A model generated the notes under the pieces. It saw only the letters and a list, made by a program, of their open reading frames with translations, made no database searches and was not told the origin of the DNA. 64,000 bases of DNA, from NCBI GenBank assembly GCA_964558935.1, contig CAZLFP010000004.1:28001-92000 (forward strand), given 5' to 3'. Shown piece after piece: positions 9,495 to 18,400 of this stretch. The stretch comes from an uncultured Gammaproteobacteria bacterium (GTDB lineage Bacteria; Patescibacteriota; Patescibacteriia; 2-01-FULL-39-33). Every line of letters starts with the position of its first letter. Position 1 is the first letter of the stretch. The translations under genes and the position numbers were made by a program.

Positions 9495-10670
9495 TTAGGT
9501 GATTATTGACTTAAGACCCGGTAACTCCTTACCTTCCAGAAACTCCAGCATGGCACCGCCACCGGTTGAAATAAAGTTAAATTTATCTTCCAAACCCAAT
9601 TTACGAATGGAAGTGACGGTTTCCCCGCCTCCCACGATTGTCTTGGCTTGCGACTTGGCTAAAATTTTAACTAAGGCATTGGTGCCTTTGGCAAAAGCCG
9701 GATTTTCCATCAGACCCATAGGACCATTCCAAACGACAGTTTGAGCCTGCTTTAATATCTTGCTGTACAATTTTACCGTATCCGGACCGATATCTAAAAT
9801 GTATTCATCTGACTTAATATCTGCCAAAGCATCGGCTCTTCCCTTTTTAGCCTTAAAGCTCTTAGCCATCAGACCATCCACCGGCACTCTAAGCCGGTTG
9901 TCTGTCAACTGGATTTTTTTGATTTCTTTAAACATCTTAGGTTCAATGACTGACTTGCCCACGCCCATACCCATAACTTTTAATACGGTATTAGCCAAAG
10001 CTCCGCCCAGCAGTAATTGGTCAGCCACTTCCAAAAATCTTTTGATAACCTGAATCTTAGTTGAAATTTTAGCACCTCCCACTATTACGATTAATGGTTG
10101 CTTGGGTTTGTTGAAAATACCAGCCAGATTTGTTATTTCCTGCTCTAAAAGCAGGCCAGCGTAAGAGGGTAAATATTTTTGAATGGTTGAAACCGAAGCA
10201 TGGTTACGATGCGAAACCGCAAAGGCATCATTGACATAAATATCTGCCAACTTGGCCAACTGCTTAGCTAGCACCTGACTACCTTTTTCTTCGCCCGGAT
10301 GAAAGCGAACATTTTCCAACATTAAAATCTCACCCTCTGACATTTTAGTAACCTGCTCGGTTATTTCCGCACCAATGACATCATCTGCTTTGTAAATGCA
10401 TCGGTCTAACAACTGAGACAGTCTTACGGCAACAGGATCCAGCCTTAAATCTTCCGACACCTGACCGTTGGGACGACCCAAATGAGTGACTAATATGACT
10501 TTAGCCTTTTTTTTGATTAAATACTTGAGAGTAGGCAAACTTTTGACTAAACGATAGTCTTCATTCCGATCCACTTTAAAATCATTGCCCAAGGATACAT
10601 TAAAATCCACACGTAATAAGACGCGCTTACCTTTTAAGGATTTAACTTGTTTAATGGATTTAATACTCAT
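9495..10670 (-). CDS. pgk: Phosphoglycerate kinase
   Basis: RVDFNV, HLGRP, LENVRFH, NDAFAVSHR, WNGPMG, STGGGAMLEFLEG. Confidence 0.97.
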   Translation of the reverse strand: MSIKSIKQVKSLKGKRVLLRVDFNVSLGNDFKVDRNEDYRLVKSLPTLKYLIKKKAKVILVTHLGRPNGQVSEDLRLDPVAVRLSQLLDRCIYKADDVIGAEITEQVTKMSEGEILMLENVRFHPGEEKGSQVLAKQLAKLADIYVNDAFAVSHRNHASVSTIQKYLPSYAGLLLEQEITNLAGIFNKPKQPLIVIVGGAKISTKIQVIKRFLEVADQLLLGGALANTVLKVMGMGVGKSVIEPKMFKEIKKIQLTDNRLRVPVDGLMAKSFKAKKGRADALADIKSDEYILDIGPDTVKLYSKILKQAQTVVWNGPMGLMENPAFAKGTNALVKILAKSQAKTIVGGGETVTSIRKLGLEDKFNFISTGGGAMLEFLEGKELPGLKSIIT

Positions 10671-10927
10671 TCTTGTTCACCTTCCATATCCCTTAAGACC
10701 CATTTATCTCCTTGGACTTTTTTGATTTCAACCGTTAAACCTTCTGCTAAGCTGTTTTTGGCTAACATTTCAAGGTTGAATGTCAGATTAGCCGGCAAGA
10801 CTTCTTCTCCGTGTTCCACAATACTGCCCAGCTCCAACCAAACCTTGCTAACTTTTTTAAGATGATTATTCTTAGCTTCTTCTAGGATAACTTTAAAAAT
10901 AACGTCGGCCAAATGAAAATCATGCAT
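10667..10927 (-). CDS. hypA: HypA-like nickel metallochaperone, short form without Zn-binding cysteines (86 aa)
   Basis: Start reassigned to MHDFHLA (HypA MHE Ni motif); KKVSKVWLELG..L.F..EML HypA pattern; no CxxC. Confidence 0.75.
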   Translation of the reverse strand: MHDFHLADVIFKVILEEAKNNHLKKVSKVWLELGSIVEHGEEVLPANLTFNLEMLAKNSLAEGLTVEIKKVQGDKWVLRDMEGEQE

Positions 10928-10932
10928 ATATT

Positions 10933-11112
10933 TCAATTAGATTGATTAATTGTTTGCAGACAAATTTCTTGGTACTGTTGAATAATCCTGTCATAACCTC
11001 GTCTGACTTCGTCAAATCTGACTTGGTAATACCAACCTACCACCAAGGCGGTGACGGTAAAAGTCACCAAAAAAGTAATAATGGCTTGAGAATTTTTTTT
11101 GTAAAATGACAT
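10933..11112 (-). CDS. Small single-TM hypothetical protein (59 aa, not in the ORF track)
   Basis: MSFYKKNSQAIITFLVTFTVTALVVGWYYQVRFDEVRRGYDRIIQQYQEICLQTINQSN; fills the gap between the hydrogenase large subunit and hypA. Confidence 0.7.
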   Translation of the reverse strand: MSFYKKNSQAIITFLVTFTVTALVVGWYYQVRFDEVRRGYDRIIQQYQEICLQTINQSN

Positions 11113-11121
11113 AAGTTTATC

Positions 11122-12420
11122 TTAATGAGTGGCGCAAGCAATGCAAGGATCATACGCCCTGATTAACGTACGCATCTTGATTTTTCTTTTTTTGGCCGGC
11201 ATGGTTTTTAACTTGGGCAAATACTGCTTAGCATCTTCTTCCAAATTTTTTAGCATGGAAACAGTGGGAGTAATAATGTCACATTTGGTGATATACCCAT
11301 TCTTGTCAATTTCATACGCATGATACAAAGTACCTCTGGGCGCTTCAATGGCATCAATACCCAAGACGGTCTTACCCAAAGGATTGGCGCCTGAAATCAG
11401 TTTTAACTTGTCTGACAAACTTTTTTCTGACTTTAAAGTCTGACTTAATTCCACTAACATTTCCTGGGCTTGCTCCAGACAATGAATAATCTCCACCGCC
11501 TGAGCCGTTATATTTTCAAAGGTGTTATATTGAGGATATTGCCATTTTAAACCCTTCAGCAAACCCTTGGCCAGCGGTTTTAAGGCTTCTCTGTTGTTGT
11601 TAATTCTTGCTAAAGCTCCAACCATGAACGGTTGGCCGTCTAAAGTAGATGACTTAGCCGCTCGGTAGGGTTCTTCAACCTCTTTAATGTTGGCCGTGTA
11701 TTTCTCCTGAGGAATAATTTTAGTCTTTTGTTCAACATCCACTATTTTAATGTCTCCGTCATATAGGGCGTATTCTGCTTGGGAGATTAAACTAACTTGG
11801 GCCGTTGCGCGTTTGAATCTGGGATATTTGATTTTCATCACCAGATTGGCCAAAACCAGAGCATCCTTCATGACTGCTTCATACTGATGAGCGATGGCTT
11901 GGAGTTGCTGTCTATTGGGTAAGGCTTTAAAGCCACCCACCTCACACGCGATGGGATGAACAGCTCGTCCACCGACAACTTCAATGATCTTCAAACCCCA
12001 TTCTCTGACACGAATGGCAGATTGAGTCTCTTTGGGATATTGAGCAATGAATTGAATATCGTTTTCAATGTTGAAAAAATCAGGCAGAGACAGAAAAAAA
12101 AGATGCAAGGCATGGGAATGAATAACTTGTGCCAAGTTCATGAGCTTTCTTAATTTAAGGGTCTGTTCAGACACCTTGATGTTAAAGCCATTCTCAATGG
12201 CTTTGATTGAGGAAAGCTTATGTACTACCGGACAAATACCGCAAATTCTGGCAGTAATGATAGGTGCTTCCGAAAAATGTCTGCCAATTAAAATACCCTC
12301 TATCTGCCTGGCTCCCTCAGTGGTAATGAGCTTGGCAGATCTAACGTCACCTTTTAAAATCTCAGCCACAAAATCAGCATGACCTTCCATTTTGCCGATA
12401 TGATTGACTTGAATTTTCAT
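11122..12420 (-). CDS. hydA: [NiFe]-hydrogenase large (alpha) subunit, group 3b-like
   Basis: KMEGH; L1 RICGICPVVH; GGRAVHP; EAPRG; IITPT; L2 RAYDPCIACATH at the extreme C-terminus. Confidence 0.93.
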   Translation of the reverse strand: MKIQVNHIGKMEGHADFVAEILKGDVRSAKLITTEGARQIEGILIGRHFSEAPIITARICGICPVVHKLSSIKAIENGFNIKVSEQTLKLRKLMNLAQVIHSHALHLFFLSLPDFFNIENDIQFIAQYPKETQSAIRVREWGLKIIEVVGGRAVHPIACEVGGFKALPNRQQLQAIAHQYEAVMKDALVLANLVMKIKYPRFKRATAQVSLISQAEYALYDGDIKIVDVEQKTKIIPQEKYTANIKEVEEPYRAAKSSTLDGQPFMVGALARINNNREALKPLAKGLLKGLKWQYPQYNTFENITAQAVEIIHCLEQAQEMLVELSQTLKSEKSLSDKLKLISGANPLGKTVLGIDAIEAPRGTLYHAYEIDKNGYITKCDIITPTVSMLKNLEEDAKQYLPKLKTMPAKKRKIKMRTLIRAYDPCIACATH

Positions 12421-12429
12421 TAATGAGAA

Positions 12430-14223
12430 TTATTCTTCTTTTGGTAATTCAACTTTTAGATGTAATTCAGTTAATTGTTCTTGAGTAACTTCAGACGGTG
12501 ATCCAACCATGGTTTCTTCAGCTTGACCGTTTTTGGGGAAAGCCGTAATTTCCCGAATATTTGGTTCGTCTTTCAGTAGCATGACATACCTTTCAATGCC
12601 GGGAGCAAAGCCGCAGTGAGGCGGAGCGCCAAATTTAAAAGCTTTAATCATATGTCCAAATTTGTTATCCACCACTTCAGGGCCATAGCCGGCAATTTCA
12701 AACGCTTTGTACATAATCTCGGGTACGTTGTTTCTGACTGCGCCGGAAGACAATTCGAAACCGTTTAAAACAATGTCGTACTGGTAGGCCAGGATATCTA
12801 ACGGATCTTTGTTGATTAAGGCTTCCATGCCACCCTGGGGCATGGAAAAAGGATTATGACCAAATTCAATCTTTTTCTTGTCTGAATCATATTCGTACAT
12901 GGGAAAATCTACAATCCAACAGTAAGCCATAACCGATTTATCTATCAGATCTAATCTTCTGCCAACTTCCAATCTAATCTCTCCCATAACCTTGGCAGCC
13001 GTTGCCTCCTGATCTGCGCATAAGAAAATGGCATCACCAACCTTAGCTTCTAATTGTTGAGCCAACTTAGCTATTAAATCATCCCCTAAGAACTTGGCAA
13101 TCATGGAATTGTAACCAGAGTCTGTGGCCAGAATCGAAGCCAAACCTTTGGCGCCCATTTTTTTGGCAACTTCGTTCATTTTTTCAATCACTGTTTTGGT
13201 GAAAGTACCACCGCCTGGAGCGGTAATCGCTCTAATCACACCGCCGTTTTCAATAACTTTTGCAAAAGCTTCAAAGCCACAGCCTCGAAACAATTCAGTC
13301 ACATCTTGAATTTCCACCCCAAATCTTAAATCCGGTTTGTCGCAACCATATTTTAACATCGCCTCTTTAAACGGAATTCTGGGAAAAGGAGTTTGCAGAA
13401 TCTGTCTGTCGGTAAATGCCTGAGTGGTGGCAACAAACAAAGGTTCCATCAGTGCAAAGAATTCATCTTGAGTCAAAAAACTGGTTTCCACATCCAGTTG
13501 GTAAAACTCACCCGGAGACCTGTCTGCTCGGGCATCCTCATCTCTCATACACGGAGCAATTTGGAAATATTTATCCATACCACCCACCATTAACAACTGC
13601 TTGTACTGCTGGGGGGCTTGAGGCAAGGCATAGAATTTACCGGGATGCAGTCTGGAAGGAACCAAGAAATCTCTAGCACCTTCCGGCGAAGACACGGTTA
13701 AAATGGGGGTATCTATTTCATTGAAACCAGCCTGATGCATCCAATCTCGAATAAACTTAACCACTTTGGCTCTAAACACCAAATTATCCTGCATTTTCTT
13801 TCGTCTTAAATCCAGGAACCGGTATTTTAATCTCAAATCTTCATTCACCTCATCTTTCTTATCTTCCTGTCCCGGATCCCATGAGACTGAATAAGGTGGC
13901 AGTTCAGCCTGGTTTAAGATCTCAGCCTCTTGAACATGCACCTCTATCTCACCGGTCGAGATATTCCCATTAACCGCTGCTTGAGGTCGAGCTACGACTT
14001 CACCGGTTATTTTTATCACCCACTCATCCCGCAACTTGTTCGCAATTTCAAATGCTGTCTGGGACTTGGGATCAAAAACAATTTGGGTAATCCCATAGTG
14101 ATCTCTTAAATCAATAAAAACCAAACCTCCATGATCCCTCCTGCTGTTTACCCATCCTGCCAGGGTAATGGTGGAGCCAATCTCTGCTGGAGTCAATTGG
14201 CCGCAGGTGTGAGTTCTAAACAT
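12430..14223 (-). CDS. aspS: Aspartate--tRNA ligase (probably non-discriminating)
   Basis: RTHTCG, RRDHGGLVFIDLRD, PEGARDFLVPSR, ALPQAPQQYKQLLM, GAPPHCG; His in RDHG suggests the non-discriminating type. Confidence 0.97.
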   Translation of the reverse strand: MFRTHTCGQLTPAEIGSTITLAGWVNSRRDHGGLVFIDLRDHYGITQIVFDPKSQTAFEIANKLRDEWVIKITGEVVARPQAAVNGNISTGEIEVHVQEAEILNQAELPPYSVSWDPGQEDKKDEVNEDLRLKYRFLDLRRKKMQDNLVFRAKVVKFIRDWMHQAGFNEIDTPILTVSSPEGARDFLVPSRLHPGKFYALPQAPQQYKQLLMVGGMDKYFQIAPCMRDEDARADRSPGEFYQLDVETSFLTQDEFFALMEPLFVATTQAFTDRQILQTPFPRIPFKEAMLKYGCDKPDLRFGVEIQDVTELFRGCGFEAFAKVIENGGVIRAITAPGGGTFTKTVIEKMNEVAKKMGAKGLASILATDSGYNSMIAKFLGDDLIAKLAQQLEAKVGDAIFLCADQEATAAKVMGEIRLEVGRRLDLIDKSVMAYCWIVDFPMYEYDSDKKKIEFGHNPFSMPQGGMEALINKDPLDILAYQYDIVLNGFELSSGAVRNNVPEIMYKAFEIAGYGPEVVDNKFGHMIKAFKFGAPPHCGFAPGIERYVMLLKDEPNIREITAFPKNGQAEETMVGSPSEVTQEQLTELHLKVELPKEE

Positions 14224-14256
14224 AAAGTCTGTCAAATAGATATTTATTATGCTTAT

Positions 14257-14285
14257 ACTATAGCAATTTTAAGGATATAAAGCAA
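14257..14285 (-). promoter_or_regulatory. Sigma70-type promoter for the aspS-hydA-pgk-eno-gpmI unit
   Basis: Minus strand TTGCTT-17 nt-TATAGT with extended -10 TG. Confidence 0.7.
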
Positions 14286-14290
14286 GTTGC

Positions 14291-14320
14291 CAACAAACAA
14301 AAAACAGTCTAAAAAGACTG
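14291..14320 (-). terminator. Intrinsic terminator closing the hydB...hydD operon
   Basis: Minus strand CAGTCT-TTTT-AGACTG hairpin followed by TTTTTTGTTTGTT. Confidence 0.7.
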
Positions 14321-14360
14321 ACTTGTCGGATAGGCCATGGCCATATACCAACTGTATTGA

Positions 14361-14627
14361 TTAATAGAGTAAAGATTCAATCTTAGCTAAGGTCAAATCT
14401 TCATCTCCGGTCTCAAAATCCTCCAGTAACTCCAAATTTTTCGGGTCATCGATCAATTCACGGAACTTGGCTGAATAGCTTTGGATCCATCTTAAAGCCA
14501 CTTGGTTGTCATCCAAATCCTCGTTCTGTGGTTGGTCCATAAACCTCTCAATCAATCTTCTCTGGATTGAATTGGTCAGAGATAATCTGTCGACTTGTGT
14601 TTCCCTGGGGGTCAATACTTCTGACAT
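14361..14627 (-). CDS. Small acidic hypothetical protein (88 aa)
   Basis: Coupled to the hydD stop (TAAT-ATG); helical and acidic. Confidence 0.75.
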   Translation of the reverse strand: MSEVLTPRETQVDRLSLTNSIQRRLIERFMDQPQNEDLDDNQVALRWIQSYSAKFRELIDDPKNLELLEDFETGDEDLTLAKIESLLY

Positions 14628-14628
14628 A

Positions 14629-15414
14629 TTATTTTTTCTTTTTAGATTTAACTTCTTGCTGCAAGGCCTTTAAAATACTGTCTTTACAACCAAAGACTTC
14701 CATCACTCTGTCAACTTGCTCCTTAGGATGCTCTTTTAGTAGCCTGGTCATTAAATTCTTAATCTTAGCGCCTTCAAACAAACCGCGACAACCCCAACAG
14801 GCCTGCTTGGATTTTAAACACACCGCTTGGCAACCGCCTAAAGTAATGGGTCCTAAACAAATCTCTCCCTTCTGGAGCAAGCATTCATAGCCATGATTTT
14901 GACACTCCCAACACACTGGTTTGTTCGGAATTCGAGGCATTCTGTCTTGAACCAACTGCTCAGCTATTTCCATAAACTCTTGTCCATCTATGGGACAGCC
15001 CGGAATAGTCAAATCCACCGTGACAAAATTATCTACTTCCTTAATATCCGGATTTTCGACCTTAGTCTTACGATAAATCTGACGTACTGTCTTTTGCTTG
15101 TTGACATAGTTCTTAAGCTCCCAAACACCGCCCAGGGCAGCGCAGTTACCCACCACCACCAGTAAATCTGACATTTTTCTCATTTTCTTAAGCAAAGTAA
15201 TATTGGCTTTGGTTACCGGATTGCCTTCCACAAAACAAATGTCAAAATGCTCGGCTGTCATGGGCAGTTCTTCAATTAATCTAAACTCGCCCAAATTGAC
15301 TTGTTGCAACCACTTTAGTAACCTATTACCTTGATCCAACATGACAAATTCACAGCCTTCACAGGAAGTTAAGGAAATAATGGCAACACTTGGTTGTTTG
15401 GTCTGCTGCTTCAT
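14629..15414 (-). CDS. hydD: [NiFe]-hydrogenase small (delta) subunit
   Basis: TSCEGC, VEG, GNCA..GG, PGCP, VCWEC, CLGP, GCQAVC, CWGCRG Fe-S ligands. Confidence 0.92.
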   Translation of the reverse strand: MKQQTKQPSVAIISLTSCEGCEFVMLDQGNRLLKWLQQVNLGEFRLIEELPMTAEHFDICFVEGNPVTKANITLLKKMRKMSDLLVVVGNCAALGGVWELKNYVNKQKTVRQIYRKTKVENPDIKEVDNFVTVDLTIPGCPIDGQEFMEIAEQLVQDRMPRIPNKPVCWECQNHGYECLLQKGEICLGPITLGGCQAVCLKSKQACWGCRGLFEGAKIKNLMTRLLKEHPKEQVDRVMEVFGCKDSILKALQQEVKSKKKK

Positions 15415-15415
15415 T

Positions 15416-16162
15416 TTAGATATTAGCTAATTTAAGATTATAGGTTGTCCACTTCTGCAAATTCATGGCCTGTTGTTGGGTTAAGATATCGCACACCCAA
15501 TCCCAATGCAGAGACACCCAGTCTCCAATCTCAGGATTGTCAACAAATGATCGACCATTAAACTCAGTCGCTATTTGTTTCGTTGTCAGATCACCCAAAA
15601 TCAATCTGTTGTTCTCAATGCTCAACGGCCGGTAAACGACCTCTAATTTACCCGGTTCAACCCTGACCACTTGAGCCGGTGTAATCCGACACAGCTCCAT
15701 GGTTTCTAAGCTGTGCTCAACCGGATAATGACCGGTTCTCTTGGGTATATTAAAAACATGCCAGGAATGATGGGGCTTAGCCCCTTGCGGTATCTTACCG
15801 AAAACTTTGTCCAAGATTTGAGGTTTGAAACTGCCAGGCAGTTTCTGTTCATCCACCATGTAACGGTAAAAATTATTCATGGACACATTGTTTAACAGCT
15901 CATTTCCCAGCCAATACGCTTCCGCTACTCGGTAACTGAAAGGATCCAATAATCGGTTGCTGTCGGCAATTAATTTCAAATAGGGGTACATGGTTGCAAA
16001 TTCACTTAGCAACTCCAACAAACCGGCATCCGCCCTCTTATGAGTGACATAGTCAAATAACTGACCGTTACGCTCTCCACCACAGTATCTCAGCCGGTTG
16101 GGCATAAAGGCGTAACGAGCAGACAGACTCGCGCCATCAGCTGGCAACTGGTTGCCAATCAT
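15416..16162 (-). CDS. DUF6390-like hydrogenase-associated protein with C-terminal HypC-like domain
   Basis: RYAFMPNRLRYCG, EAYWLGN, PHHSWH, GDWVSLHWDWVC; family name from recall; start may be 16186. Confidence 0.75.
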   Translation of the reverse strand: MIGNQLPADGASLSARYAFMPNRLRYCGGERNGQLFDYVTHKRADAGLLELLSEFATMYPYLKLIADSNRLLDPFSYRVAEAYWLGNELLNNVSMNNFYRYMVDEQKLPGSFKPQILDKVFGKIPQGAKPHHSWHVFNIPKRTGHYPVEHSLETMELCRITPAQVVRVEPGKLEVVYRPLSIENNRLILGDLTTKQIATEFNGRSFVDNPEIGDWVSLHWDWVCDILTQQQAMNLQKWTTYNLKLANI

Positions 16163-17039
16163 ATTCTTTCTTAGATCTGAATGCATATATTATCCAACTG
16201 CCGAATATTATCATTAAACTACCAACTATAATTTCCCAAGAAGCCACTTGTCCGGTTTGGAAGCTGGACAAAAGACTGGTGATGGGTGAAGCTAAAGTTA
16301 AGATGCTGGCCGCTACTGTCACCGGCAATCTCTTAACGGCTGCATACCAAGTAATTACATAACCGGTTAACAAGATCCCCACTCCCATAAGCCAGCTTAG
16401 CTGATGCCAATTTAAAGACAGCAGCTGCTGAGTATTGTGAGTTGCTCCCAAAAAGACAATTAAAAAACAACTACCGAAAAACATTCTAGCCCAAGCCGCC
16501 ACCAACACATCGATTCTCTTTAGAACCAACTTGACCAAGATATTTTCCATGGCCCATAACATGGTCGCCACCAAAATTAAAGTTTCTGCCAATCCCCAAG
16601 ATAGGCTTTGAACATTCAGGAAAACCAAATTACCTAAAATTAAAACAGCCACCGCCAACAACTGATGCCGAGTCAATTTTTCTTTCAACACAGGTACGGC
16701 CAGTACTGCCACCCAAACAAAGAGTGTTTTGTGGATAAAAGCCGCACTCACCGGTGACGTTAAACTCAAACCTTTGAAAAAAAGCAAGAAAGGCAGACTG
16801 CCTCCAATTAAACCGATTAAAACCAGCTTCAACCAGTCAGAACGGCTTAATTGCTTTAGCTTGGACCAGGCAAATGGCGTTAAGACGGCAACAGACAAAA
16901 TCAAAGCTACCACGATATTTTTTAATGCCGTGTATTGGTAAGCATCCTTAGCCACAGCTGCCAAACCAAACTTGTTGACATAATTGGCAATACCGGAAAT
17001 GAGAGCTGTACCCAGTACCAAATAAATTCCTGTTTTCAT
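16137..17039 (-). CDS. EamA/DMT family transporter
   Basis: About 10 TM in two repeats; LLFFKGL, LAVPVLKEKL. Confidence 0.88.
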   Translation of the reverse strand: MKTGIYLVLGTALISGIANYVNKFGLAAVAKDAYQYTALKNIVVALILSVAVLTPFAWSKLKQLSRSDWLKLVLIGLIGGSLPFLLFFKGLSLTSPVSAAFIHKTLFVWVAVLAVPVLKEKLTRHQLLAVAVLILGNLVFLNVQSLSWGLAETLILVATMLWAMENILVKLVLKRIDVLVAAWARMFFGSCFLIVFLGATHNTQQLLSLNWHQLSWLMGVGILLTGYVITWYAAVKRLPVTVAASILTLASPITSLLSSFQTGQVASWEIIVGSLMIIFGSWIIYAFRSKKEYDWQPVAS

Positions 17040-17227
17040 TGAAAATAATTATTAATCTCTTGAGCTTCTTGGCCAGATATTTTAGCAACTGCCAAATCTG
17101 CATTGACCAAGACCCAATCTCCAACTGACACTGACTGTAAGCCGGCAATTTTAACCACTCGATCATCTTCTAATCTGGCTTGCAAACCTGAGATGGCTTT
17201 AATTTTTGCCGGTAGGGTTAAACACAT
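17036..17227 (-). CDS. hypC: HypC/HybG/HupF hydrogenase chaperone
   Basis: MCLTLPAKI N-terminus; VGDWVLV....AV.KIS..EA. Confidence 0.9.
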   Translation of the reverse strand: MCLTLPAKIKAISGLQARLEDDRVVKIAGLQSVSVGDWVLVNADLAVAKISGQEAQEINNYFQ

Positions 17228-17246
17228 TTATTTTAACTTAAAATCA

Positions 17247-18398
17247 CTAATTAGCCAACTTTTTCTTAAGTGATATAATTTCCTGCTCCCGATCTAAGAA
17301 AGATTTGTTGATCTGATTCAACTTTTTCAGTCGCAGACGTAATTTTTGCAGAATTGCATGCAACTCTTGAATATCACTGGCCACAATAATGCGACCTATA
17401 AGATGGCCACGTTTATCTAAAATCTGGGCACAAGAGACTAAAAACGGATGAGATTGACCGGTTTTGGTCTTGAAATTAATTTCCTGGTTTTCCAAAGCTT
17501 TGTCAGCTTGGAAGTGAGTTGCATAATCGCTTTTCCGACTGAGTAAATTGCTAAATTCCTGACCCTGCAATTCCCAGTTGGTGTAACCCAGCTTGGTGTT
17601 GACAGCCGGATTAACTTCAATGATTTGATCTTGTTCATCCAGTAGAATCATAATATCCGGCATGACAGTAAATATCTTGTCTGCCGCGGTAATGGGATTG
17701 ACTGCTAAAAACCGGTAGCGAGCATTAACATAAGTAATGGCAAAAACCCAAACTAAAGGGAAAATGTGGGCGAGTTGAGGAAAATGAGGATATTGGATGA
17801 TTCTGGGAATAATAATATCTGTCACTGTGCCGGCAATTAAGGAAAATACAATCGCCAATCCCAGCAGTAAAGAAATTTTTTTCATCTTAAGCGAACTCTC
17901 CAACACAATACCCAGATACACTAAAATGGTTAAGGAAACCAGCATCACAGACATGTAATATGTCAAAAACAGGTCGGCAAAAATGGATTGAGACCAGATT
18001 GGAAACCAGCCGTAGTCAGTTTTCAGATAATTCAAAATTAAATTACCTGTCCATTGCTGGTAGATGAAAAAAATGGAAATGGCTCCTGCCAGACCAAAAC
18101 CCAACCAAGATCTAACCACCTTTTTAGGGCCATACAGATGCAGGGTATAGCCCAAAAAAACTGCTGGAAAGCTGATCCAACCCAAAGAGGCAATATTTTG
18201 GAAAACATACACCAACTCAACCTGATTTTCAGGTACGCCCCACATCATTAAAACCCCAAAAGTCCAGATGGCAAAGCACATTGAAAACAAAAACGCTAGA
18301 ATATTAACCAGTGATTTGTAATTCTCAAATAAAATATACAAGGCGGCAAAAATATACACGACTAAGGTAAAAAAATTAATACAGTTAATCAAGGGCAT
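17247..18398 (-). CDS. 7TM (histidine-kinase N-terminal type) + PAS sensor, no kinase domain
   Basis: Seven hydrophobic helices; PD..ILLD....I..VN.A....LGY...EL.G PAS motif; ends in a short coiled coil. Confidence 0.8.
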   Translation of the reverse strand: MPLINCINFFTLVVYIFAALYILFENYKSLVNILAFLFSMCFAIWTFGVLMMWGVPENQVELVYVFQNIASLGWISFPAVFLGYTLHLYGPKKVVRSWLGFGLAGAISIFFIYQQWTGNLILNYLKTDYGWFPIWSQSIFADLFLTYYMSVMLVSLTILVYLGIVLESSLKMKKISLLLGLAIVFSLIAGTVTDIIIPRIIQYPHFPQLAHIFPLVWVFAITYVNARYRFLAVNPITAADKIFTVMPDIMILLDEQDQIIEVNPAVNTKLGYTNWELQGQEFSNLLSRKSDYATHFQADKALENQEINFKTKTGQSHPFLVSCAQILDKRGHLIGRIIVASDIQELHAILQKLRLRLKKLNQINKSFLDREQEIISLKKKLAN

Positions 18399-18400
18399 AA

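Noticed and set aside
11122-11160. Selenocysteine ([NiFeSe]) hydrogenase
   Set aside because: L2 motif DPCIAC uses Cys codons; no in-frame TGA
14333-14342. Palindrome GGCCATGGCC
   Set aside because: Single 10-bp palindrome in a 3' UTR with no supporting context
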